Shown piece after piece: positions 8,528 through 16,671 of a stretch of 64,000 nt of DNA. Every line of letters starts with the position of its first letter. Positions within the stretch are counted from its first letter, which is position 1. Origin of the DNA: an uncultured bacterium (GTDB taxonomy: Bacteria; Acidobacteriota; Thermoanaerobaculia; Multivoradales; JAHZIX01); NCBI GenBank assembly GCA_965368975.1, contig CBDUPA010000004.1, positions 32,001 to 96,000 on the forward strand. The letters run 5' to 3'. Under the pieces are notes generated by a model. That model saw nothing but the letters and a program-made list of their open reading frames with translations. It did no database searches and was not told the origin of the DNA. The position numbers and the translations under genes were made by a program.

Positions 8528-9834
8528 GTTCGCAGCAACGACATCCCCTGTCCCGCCCAGCCCGGAAAGACGACGGAATCCTCCGCGACGCCGAGGTGGT
8601 GGGTCGCGCCGCTGAAGACCGCTCTGAAGTCCGTGGTTACTGGTAGGTCTCGCCCTTCGTAAAGGGCGCTCTCGTCGAGTCCGGGGAAATGACCGTGGAC
8701 CTTGCCGCCGTCGACCTGGTTGCCGAGCACGAAGAGGCAGGAGCCGTGGCCGTGGTCGGTGCCGCCGGAGCCGTTCTCGCGCACGGTGCGGCCGAACTCG
8801 GTCATGGTCAGCACCAGCACGTCATCCTGGTGCGTACCGAGGTCGGTCCAGAAGGCGGCCACGGAGTCGGCGAGATCGCGGGCACGGCGGGCGAAGGAGC
8901 CGGTGGAGGTGCCTTGCTGCACATGGGTGTCCCAGCCGCCGGATTCGGCGAAGGCGATCTCGAGGCCGAGGTCGGCCTTGATCAGCATGGCGATCTGGCG
9001 CAGGGAGTTGCCCAGTGGACTGCGCGGATAGCGCGCGCCGTGGGCCGGCCGGTAGCTACGCAGGTTGGCCTGTTCGAGCGCACCGACGGCGTCGAAGGTG
9101 TCGTCGGCGGTGTCGCGTAGCAGGTCCTGGGAGGTCTGCTGGTAGAGAGCTTCGAAGCCCTGGCCGGCTGCCTGGGTGGCACGCCGTGCACCCGGCAAGT
9201 CGACGCGGAAGTCGGCCAGATTGGTGACCGCGATGGCGGGCTCGGCGCCGTAGAGGGAGCGTGGCAGCGCGGAGGTCATGGCGACCGAACGGAAGGGCGT
9301 GGCGTCGTGACCGAGCAGGCCGCTGACGCGGTTGAGCCAGCCGCTGGGGGTGCCCTTGCGACCGGGGGTGGCGGTTTCCATGTAGTCCTGGGCGTCGAAG
9401 TGGGAGCGCGTGGTGTCCGGCGAGCCGACGGCATGGATGATGCCCAGACGTTCGTCCTGCCACAGCGGCAGCAGAGGCTCGAAGGCGGGGTGCAAACCGA
9501 AGTCGACACCGAGGTCGAGGAGAGCCTCTTCACCAGCACCGCGGCCGGCGTTCATGGCCAGGCGTGGACGGTAGCGCTGCAGAGCGCTCAGCTCGGTCAG
9601 CGGCGGTACGGCCATCAGGCCATCCATGGCGCCACGTTGGAAGATGGTGACCAGGACCTTGCGACGTTTGTAGGCGCCTGGCTCGGGGGCGGCGAGGGCG
9701 GTGCGATGCAGGAACGAGGGCCCGAGGCCGAGGCTGCAGAGCGCGAGGCCTCCGGCTTTGAGGAAGATGCGGCGGTCGAGGTGCGTCTCCCGGGATCGAG
9801 TTGGGGATGACGTCTTGCCGTGGTGGTCACACAT
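8524..9834 (-). CDS. DUF1501 family protein, Tat-exported
   Basis: ATG 9834 with AAGGAG RBS. Twin-arginine RRIFLK. Motifs FQRGAMDGL, RSHFDAQ, GGWDTH, TEFGRT..ENGSGGTDHG. Confidence 0.85.
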   Translation of the reverse strand: MCDHHGKTSSPTRSRETHLDRRIFLKAGGLALCSLGLGPSFLHRTALAAPEPGAYKRRKVLVTIFQRGAMDGLMAVPPLTELSALQRYRPRLAMNAGRGAGEEALLDLGVDFGLHPAFEPLLPLWQDERLGIIHAVGSPDTTRSHFDAQDYMETATPGRKGTPSGWLNRVSGLLGHDATPFRSVAMTSALPRSLYGAEPAIAVTNLADFRVDLPGARRATQAAGQGFEALYQQTSQDLLRDTADDTFDAVGALEQANLRSYRPAHGARYPRSPLGNSLRQIAMLIKADLGLEIAFAESGGWDTHVQQGTSTGSFARRARDLADSVAAFWTDLGTHQDDVLVLTMTEFGRTVRENGSGGTDHGHGSCLFVLGNQVDGGKVHGHFPGLDESALYEGRDLPVTTDFRAVFSGATHHLGVAEDSVVFPGWAGQGMSLLRT

Positions 9835-9859
9835 GTGGGGGCTCCTTCGGAGGAAGATG

Positions 9860-11911
9860 TTACCGTCTTTGAAACTCGGGGGATCCCAGGATGACGCCGA
9901 TGACTTGTTCCAGAGGGGTGGGGGGAGCGTAGCTCTGGGAGGCAAGGCGACCCGAGGAACCGAAGAGAAGGTTGTCGAGTTCCGGGTCGACGGCGTAAGG
10001 ATCGTCCGTGCTCGGCTCGGGTGCGGCTCCGCTCACTTTGTCGGCGAGGGCCGGATCCTGGACCACCGGCGTCAGCAGTGCGATGGTCCCCTCAGCGTCG
10101 CGCTCGGGCATCAACAGCGGCACATAGGTCTCGAGCGCGGCCTGCATCGACTCGGGCTCTCGGTGCTCGCCAGCCGGGGACGCGGCCAGGGCTGACAGGT
10201 CTAGACGCACGCCGTCGACGCGACCAGCGGCCAACTGCAGGCCGAAGTTCATGCGATTGAGCAGCGAGCCGGTGTTGACCCAGGCGTCGGCGGTGTCTGG
10301 GTAGCCGGTGGGGGCCTGGTAGGCATAGAGCGGTTGGCCCATGCGTGACACCCATTCGAGGGTGCCTTGCGGGTGCGACACATCGGCGTCGAGAGCGCGC
10401 AGCGTCGAGGCGGCGAGCTCGAGCGGTGACTTGATCTTGCTGCCGCGGGCCTGCCAGAACTCGGGAGACCGGACCAGCGTGCGCAGGACGGTCGGTAGGT
10501 CGCCGCGGGAGCGCTCGAAGGTCGAGGCAAGGCGTTCGACCAATGACGGGGAGGGCTGATCCGTGACGAAGCGGACGGCGAGCTTGTGCGCCAGGTGACG
10601 GCCGGTAGAGGCATGATCGGCCAGCAGGTCGAGCACGTCTTCGCCGTCTTCGATACCGCGCCCGGCCGGCAGGGTGGTGCCCAGGACGCGCTTGGCGGCG
10701 GCGTCGTGGGCGTCGGCGCGGAAGAGGAACAGGCCGTCGACATGGAAGCCGGCGCGCGCCGCCCTGTGTGGATTCTCGCTCAGGCGCTCCAGGGCACGCT
10801 GCTGGCTGCCATCGCGGCCGATGCGGGGTGGCAGCACGCTCCAGCCGGTAAAGGCCCGAGCTACCTCGATCACATCGTCCTGGCTGTAGCCGCCGTCGAC
10901 GCCGAGGGTGTGCAGTTCGAGCAGCTCGCGTGCATAGTTTTCGTTCAAGCCATCGCTGCGTCGGCGTTGCCGCGCTTCGTCGTCGCCCTCGCGTGAGCCG
11001 CGTCGCGGGGCTTGGCTGCCACCAAAGCTCCCCGGTCGCTGTCCACCGAAGCCGCGCTGCCCGCCGAAGCTACCTCCGCGTCCGCCCCGGCCTCGACGCA
11101 TCTGGCGCGGGTCGAAGGTCGTCGGACGACCCTCTTCAGCGGTCGAGCGAGCGTTGTCCAGGTAGACCAGCATTGCCGGGTGGCGAGCGGTGGCGCCGAG
11201 CAGGTCGCGGAAAGTGCCGAGCACGTGCGGGCGAATGGCGTCACGCTCGTAACTCAACACCAGCGGTCGAGCGAGATTGTTGGTGATCGAAACGTTGAAA
11301 TGGTTGAACCAAAAGTCCGTCAGCACCTCGCGTAGCTGATTCTCCGCGTAGACGGCACGTCCGAGCTTCTGTGCCATCGTCTCGGCCAGCAGTTCACGCT
11401 GCGGCCGGATGCCCTGCTGCTCGGCCCAGCGTCGCACCTGCTCGAACATCGCCCGTCGATTCCGGTCGCTGCCGTTACTGTCACCTGGTTGAAGATCGGC
11501 GTCGATGACGCCCTCGCGGCGCGCACGGTTCAGGACCAGACCCGGATTCGGATAGGTCTCGACAATCTTTTCCAGCGGTAGGTCCAGTGTGCCGAGTGGC
11601 TCGAGCTTCTCGCGCAAGCGCGGCTCCGGCAGACGTGCGGTCAGCTGCGTTTCGAACCAGGTCTCGAGGCCCAGTTCGAGCACGCGGTCGACATCCCCTG
11701 GCCTGGGTCCATAGGTCCAGCGGTCGAGCAGGTGAGCGGCGGCCTGGCGTTCGCTGAGACCAGCGTCGCGCCAGGGGAAAGCGCCTGAATCCGTGCGTTC
11801 TTGCCGAGCCGTGTTCGTGTCGGTGGCCGCAGATTCGATCGGCGTGCTGAGCACCGCCAAGACGCTGACCAGGAGGGTCGAGAGAGCGAGCAGAGTTTTC
11901 AGTCGGGGCAT
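9860..11911 (-). CDS. DUF1800 family secreted protein
   Basis: ATG 11911 with GGAGG RBS and signal peptide. Motifs FWFNHFNV, HPAMLVYLDN, NENYARELLELHTLG, ARAFTGW, C-terminal SPEFQRR. Paired with DUF1501. Confidence 0.85.
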   Translation of the reverse strand: MPRLKTLLALSTLLVSVLAVLSTPIESAATDTNTARQERTDSGAFPWRDAGLSERQAAAHLLDRWTYGPRPGDVDRVLELGLETWFETQLTARLPEPRLREKLEPLGTLDLPLEKIVETYPNPGLVLNRARREGVIDADLQPGDSNGSDRNRRAMFEQVRRWAEQQGIRPQRELLAETMAQKLGRAVYAENQLREVLTDFWFNHFNVSITNNLARPLVLSYERDAIRPHVLGTFRDLLGATARHPAMLVYLDNARSTAEEGRPTTFDPRQMRRGRGGRGGSFGGQRGFGGQRPGSFGGSQAPRRGSREGDDEARQRRRSDGLNENYARELLELHTLGVDGGYSQDDVIEVARAFTGWSVLPPRIGRDGSQQRALERLSENPHRAARAGFHVDGLFLFRADAHDAAAKRVLGTTLPAGRGIEDGEDVLDLLADHASTGRHLAHKLAVRFVTDQPSPSLVERLASTFERSRGDLPTVLRTLVRSPEFWQARGSKIKSPLELAASTLRALDADVSHPQGTLEWVSRMGQPLYAYQAPTGYPDTADAWVNTGSLLNRMNFGLQLAAGRVDGVRLDLSALAASPAGEHREPESMQAALETYVPLLMPERDAEGTIALLTPVVQDPALADKVSGAAPEPSTDDPYAVDPELDNLLFGSSGRLASQSYAPPTPLEQVIGVILGSPEFQRR

Positions 11912-12151
11912 GGGGTTCCTCCAGGTCGGTTCGTGGCACATGCAGGGAGTAACCCGCGAGGACATCGGATCCTGCGCTCGCTGTGAGCAAGTGAGTTGAT
12001 CCCAGACAAGAAGAAGCTCTTCTGCTATACTAGAATTCTATCTATTAAGCTGAGGCCGATTCTCTGTGAGATTTGGCGCCGGTTCCCTTGAGTTGAGGCT
12101 GAGTCACTGCGAACAGCTTGCTCCGACAGCGCGAGAGGAGAACGAAGGGTC

Positions 12152-13735
12152 ATGGCGAGAACATCGCGAGTCTGGACCAGGTGGGTCTGGTTCCCATCAT
12201 TGATCTGTGCGGTACTGCTCACTGGTTGCCCGCCCGCTGGCGGTCCGGTAGAGGAGCCGCAGAACGGTGACAACGGGTCGGCGAGAGAACCCGAGCCGAA
12301 CCACGAGGTGGAACCGGGACCAGAACCGGAAGGTGTCCACATTCGGCGTGACATCTACGACCTGGATCAGAACGACCCCGAGATGGTCGCGGCGCTGGAA
12401 ACGGCGATCGCCGCCATGCAGGCTTTGCCCGCCAGCAACCAGACGAGCTGGATCTACCAGGCCAACATCCACGGCATCCCCGAACAGGGCAACATGAGCG
12501 GGCAGATCTGCCAGGTGACCACCGGCGTCTCAGACCCGGTGTCCTGGGAGACTTGCCAGCATGGCCAGTACTTCTTCCTCTCCTGGCACCGCATGTACCT
12601 CTACTACTTCGAACGTATCCTGCGTCACTACTCGGGGCGTGACGACTTCGCCTTGCCGTACTGGGACTACGAGAAGCCGGGTCAGCTCGCGTTGCCGCCG
12701 CCCTTCCGCAATCCGGACAGCCCGCTCTTCGTGGCACAGCGTGCGCCGGGCATCAACCAGGGCACGACGCAGCTGTCCAGCACCGACGTCGATCCCACAC
12801 AGGCCTTGATGCGCATTCCGTTCATTGGCACCATGAGCGCCTCGACGCTGAGCTTCGGCGGTGCCGAGGTGCCGGCCCCGGACCACAGCGGTGGTTGGCC
12901 GGGACAGCTCGAAGTGCGACCGCACAATGTGGTGCACACCTCGCTCGGCGGCAACGTTGGTTGGATGTCCTGGCCGCAGTGCGCGGCGCGCGATCCGATC
13001 TTCTGGTTGCACCACGCCAACATCGACCGCCTGTGGCAGGTGTGGCTGAACGTCGGCGGCGGCCGGGCCAATCCGGTGGGCGACAGCGAATGGCTGAACA
13101 CCGTCTTCACCTTCTTCGACATCGAAACCGATGGCACGCCCAAGGAAGTGACGATGACGGCCGTGGACATCCTGAACACTGTTTCGCAGCTGGACTACAA
13201 GTACGCCGGTGTGCCAGCGCAAGAGGCGGTCACGCCAGAGGCGGCTCCGCCTGAGGTAGCCCCACCGGCTTCTCCGGAAGCGGCCGAGGAGGCCCCCGAA
13301 ATGCTGGCCAGCCACGAGAAGGTCGAAGAGCTGACCGACGAACGCGCGCGCGTCGCACTGACCTTGCCGGAGGCGGAGACCGAACTGCTGCGCGACGACA
13401 AACGGCTGATCGTGGTGGTCAAGAATGTGCGCCAGGTACGCGTGGGCGCCTACTACCGGGTGTTCCTGAACCTGCCGGCAGACGCCGAAGCGGATCCAGA
13501 AGGTCCGTACTATGTGGGCGTGATTTCTCTCTTCGGCACCGGCCATGGAGTTCACAGCCCGCACGCCAGCAACTTCGCCTTCGACATCACGGCCAATGTG
13601 CGCCAGCTCCAGGAGCAGAATCTGTGGACTGGCGATGTCTCCCTGAGTTTCGAACGCGCCAATCCGCAGCCCTCGCCGCAGGGTGAGGATGGTCCGTTCA
13701 TGACCTTCGACGCGGTGGTGCTGCAGCGGCAGTAG
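12152..13735 (+). CDS. Tyrosinase / polyphenol oxidase (type-3 copper), predicted lipoprotein
   Basis: Lipobox LLTGC. CuA ligands in NIHG, CQH and WHR. LPYWD. CuB HNVVH and ARDPIFWLHHANIDRLW. C-terminal domain with YYRVFLN. Confidence 0.85.
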   Translation: MARTSRVWTRWVWFPSLICAVLLTGCPPAGGPVEEPQNGDNGSAREPEPNHEVEPGPEPEGVHIRRDIYDLDQNDPEMVAALETAIAAMQALPASNQTSWIYQANIHGIPEQGNMSGQICQVTTGVSDPVSWETCQHGQYFFLSWHRMYLYYFERILRHYSGRDDFALPYWDYEKPGQLALPPPFRNPDSPLFVAQRAPGINQGTTQLSSTDVDPTQALMRIPFIGTMSASTLSFGGAEVPAPDHSGGWPGQLEVRPHNVVHTSLGGNVGWMSWPQCAARDPIFWLHHANIDRLWQVWLNVGGGRANPVGDSEWLNTVFTFFDIETDGTPKEVTMTAVDILNTVSQLDYKYAGVPAQEAVTPEAAPPEVAPPASPEAAEEAPEMLASHEKVEELTDERARVALTLPEAETELLRDDKRLIVVVKNVRQVRVGAYYRVFLNLPADAEADPEGPYYVGVISLFGTGHGVHSPHASNFAFDITANVRQLQEQNLWTGDVSLSFERANPQPSPQGEDGPFMTFDAVVLQRQ

Positions 13736-13762
13736 CCTCCGGTCCACAGTGCCCTCCCGCCG

Positions 13763-13810
13763 AGCGCCACGCCCCACCGGAGTCATTCGGCCCGGGGCGT
13801 GGCGCTTTTC
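13763..13810 (+). terminator. Probable intrinsic terminator after the tyrosinase
   Basis: Inverted repeat AGCGCCACGCCCC / GGGGCGTGGCGCT followed by TTTC. Confidence 0.55.
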
Positions 13811-13945
13811 CATGAACAAACTAACGCCTTTTCGCGCTTGCAGCTACGGTGAATCCGTCACGGTATTGCCATCCCAACTCACTATGCTTAGTGACGGACG
13901 GTTAGGACCGCAGATGAGTCCGGCCACACGAATGGAGGAGTTTCC

Positions 13946-14635
13946 ATGTTTTTCCTGAGTTCTGAGAAGCTGCAACAGAAGATGCAGATGCCCCGACCTG
14001 AAGAAGCGCTGCCCGGACGAGCCGAACGTATGTCGGTTCCGGAGATGCACCATGTGCTCGGCACACCGCTGAGTGGTCCCTTCCCCGAGGGACTGCAGCT
14101 GGCGATGTTCGGCATGGGGTGCTTCTGGGGAGCTGAGCGCAAGTTCTGGCAGGCCGATGGCGTGTACTCCACCTCGGTGGGGTATGCGGCTGGCTATACC
14201 CAGAACCCGACCTACGAAGAAGTGTGCTCCGGGCGTACCGGGCACAACGAGGTCGTCCTTGTCGTCTTCGACCCAAGGCAGACTTCCTACGAACAGATGC
14301 TGAAGGTTTTCTGGGAGAACCACGATCCAACCCAGGGCATGCGCCAGGGTAACGACGTGGGTACCCAATACCGCTCCGGTATCTACACCTACGGTCCAGA
14401 CCAGCGGGCAGCAGCCAATGCTTCGCGCGAGGCCTACCAGGCCCGGCTACGTGACGCTGGCTACGGTGACGTCACCACCGAGATCCAAGACGCGCCCGAC
14501 TTCTTCTACGCCGAGCACTACCACCAGCAGTACCTGAGCAAGAATCCCGGTGGCTACTGCGGCCTGGGTGGTACGGGTATCGGCTGTCCGGTGGGGCTCG
14601 AAATGGAGAGCGTGGTCACCGCCGGCGCGGCCTAG
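13946..14635 (+). CDS. msrA: Peptide methionine sulfoxide reductase A
   Basis: [51 protein letters not shown]. Confidence 0.95.
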   Translation: MFFLSSEKLQQKMQMPRPEEALPGRAERMSVPEMHHVLGTPLSGPFPEGLQLAMFGMGCFWGAERKFWQADGVYSTSVGYAAGYTQNPTYEEVCSGRTGHNEVVLVVFDPRQTSYEQMLKVFWENHDPTQGMRQGNDVGTQYRSGIYTYGPDQRAAANASREAYQARLRDAGYGDVTTEIQDAPDFFYAEHYHQQYLSKNPGGYCGLGGTGIGCPVGLEMESVVTAGAA

Positions 14636-14697
14636 GTCCCAGCGGCTCCGCGTCTACCGGTTCCCGGATCGAGTGACCCCTGGCCCTGAGGCGAGGC

Positions 14698-15732
14698 TCA
14701 GGGGCGAGGGGTGCTCCGTGGAGAGGTAGTTCCTGAAGAGGCCGTTCCTGAAGAGAGGGTTCCCGGTTCCACCAGCTGCAGATCGATTTGTGGCTGCTGG
14801 CCGGGTGCTAGTAGGAAGATTTGCGTCTCGGGCAGGACGCGCTCCATCGTCTGGTTGTATAGCTCGATGCGGGTCTGCCGTGGCGAGATGCGGTGGCGGG
14901 CGAGCAGGGACTCGAAGCGATCGGCGGCGCCTTCGGCGGCCTGCCGCCGCGAATCTGCGTCGGCGCGCGCGGTCTCGGTCAGCGTCTCGGCCTCGCCGCG
15001 CGCCAGCCGCAGGTCACGGGCTCGGCGTCCCTCGGCCTCGCTGATCACCTGTGACGCTTCCGCACGCGCGTCCGATACGTCGCGGAAGGCGCCGCTCGCT
15101 TCGCGTGGTGGATCGACCGCCTGGAGATTGACCGCCACCAGGTCGATACCGGCGTCGAAGTCTTCCAGCCGCTGCTGAGCTTCCCGGCGTACGTGCAACT
15201 GCAGGCGTGCCTTGGCCGAGGTCAGCAGGTCGTCGACGGTGGTGGCGGCGAACTCTTCGAGCAGGCAGGCACGCACCACTTGTTGGATCAGGCCTTCTGG
15301 ATCCTCCGTCGCCCACAGGAACTTGCCCGGCCGGCGAATGCGGTACTGCACCACGACGCGCGCCTCGATCAGGTTGAGGTCTCCTGAGACCAGCGACAGC
15401 GTTGGCGACAGATCCGAGGTTACCTCGACGCGCGACACCTCACCGGTTTCCAGAATGTGCACGCGGTCCAGGCCTGGCGGCAGGGCCCAGTGCAGGCCGG
15501 GCTCTACGGCATCGTCGACCAGAGCGCCGAAGCGCTGCACCGCCGCCGTCTGGCCGCTGTCGATAGTGTAGATCCCGCGTCCCAGCCACACGGCCAGCGC
15601 GAGCAGCGAGCCGCCAACCAGCAGGGGCCGCCAGTAACGGTGCAGCAGGCGTCGGGCACGCCGGATCAGCGGCACGGAGCGCGACCGGTGCCGGACCGAG
15701 GGGGGCGTGTGAGCGTCGACCTCAGGGAGCAC
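14698..15732 (-). CDS. hflK: HflK-like SPFH (band 7) membrane protein
   Basis: N-terminal TM, VQRFG..PGLHW, VDPPREASGAFRDVSDARAE, helical repeats ARGEAE. Confidence 0.75.
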   Translation of the reverse strand: MLPEVDAHTPPSVRHRSRSVPLIRRARRLLHRYWRPLLVGGSLLALAVWLGRGIYTIDSGQTAAVQRFGALVDDAVEPGLHWALPPGLDRVHILETGEVSRVEVTSDLSPTLSLVSGDLNLIEARVVVQYRIRRPGKFLWATEDPEGLIQQVVRACLLEEFAATTVDDLLTSAKARLQLHVRREAQQRLEDFDAGIDLVAVNLQAVDPPREASGAFRDVSDARAEASQVISEAEGRRARDLRLARGEAETLTETARADADSRRQAAEGAADRFESLLARHRISPRQTRIELYNQTMERVLPETQIFLLAPGQQPQIDLQLVEPGTLSSGTASSGTTSPRSTPRP

Positions 15733-16615
15733 GGAAGGTCTCCATCAGCTCGGACTCGCCGTCCAGGAAGATGGTCGTCTGCGTGCCGAAGATCTTCTCG
15801 TAGGCTTCTAGCGAGCGTAGGAACTCGTAGAACTGCGGATCCTGGCCGTAAGCCGCCGCCAGCAGGCGCAGCGCCTCGGCGTCGCCCGCACCGCGGTGCT
15901 TCTCGGCTTCGGAACGCGCCTCGGCCAGGATCTTCTCGGCCTCGGTGCGCGACTGCGCCTCGATCTTCAGCGCCTCTTCCTCGCCCTCACTGCGGTAGGC
16001 GGTGGCGATCCGCGAGCGCTCGGCACGCATGCGCTCGATGACGCTGCGCCGGTTCTGGCGCGGCAGGTTGAAGCCGTTGATCTCCAGGTCCACCACCTCG
16101 ACGCCGAAGTTCTGGCGCGCCACCTGGTCGACCGCCTCGCCGGCACGGTTGGCGACCTCGCTCAGCAGTACCTTCTCGGGGTCCAGGTTGATGAAGTGCT
16201 CCATCGGTTCGCTGCCCACCTCGGCGCCCAGCGTCGCGGTCGCCAGGTCGAGCAGCCGCGCTTCCGCCTCCAGCCGTGTCTTGACCGTCTGGGCGAAGCG
16301 CAGTGGATCGCTGATACGCCAGCACAGGAAGCTGTCGACCAGCACGTTCTTTTTGTCCAGCGTCAGCATCTCGACCGGCTCATTGTCGAACACGAGCAAG
16401 CGGTCGTCGAGCCGGATCACGCCGTCCACCGGCCACGGCAACTTGAAGTGCAGGCCCGGCTGCGCCACCTCCTCCACCGTGGTGGCGAGCGGCCTTCCAA
16501 AGCGCGTCACCACCGCCACCTCGCCCTCGGGCACGGTGAACATGGTGGTGGGCAGCAGGCCGATGGCTACGAGTAGCAGCAGGATCCACAGGACAGTACG
16601 GGTTCTCATGGTCAT
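15722..16615 (-). CDS. hflC: HflC-like SPFH protein
   Basis: TM, VVTRFG..PGLHFKLP, TLDKKNVLVD, RMRAER.RIA..YRSEGEE, DPQFYEFLRSLEAY. These are canonical HflC motifs. Confidence 0.85.
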   Translation of the reverse strand: MTMRTRTVLWILLLLVAIGLLPTTMFTVPEGEVAVVTRFGRPLATTVEEVAQPGLHFKLPWPVDGVIRLDDRLLVFDNEPVEMLTLDKKNVLVDSFLCWRISDPLRFAQTVKTRLEAEARLLDLATATLGAEVGSEPMEHFINLDPEKVLLSEVANRAGEAVDQVARQNFGVEVVDLEINGFNLPRQNRRSVIERMRAERSRIATAYRSEGEEEALKIEAQSRTEAEKILAEARSEAEKHRGAGDAEALRLLAAAYGQDPQFYEFLRSLEAYEKIFGTQTTIFLDGESELMETFRAP

Positions 16616-16671
16616 TCCTCAGCAGTCGCGTCGTGTTCAGCGGCCGGCAGCCTCGCAGGTCTGGAGAGTTC

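Noticed and set aside
12530-13819. 429-aa minus-strand ORF
   Set aside because: Antisense to the tyrosinase.
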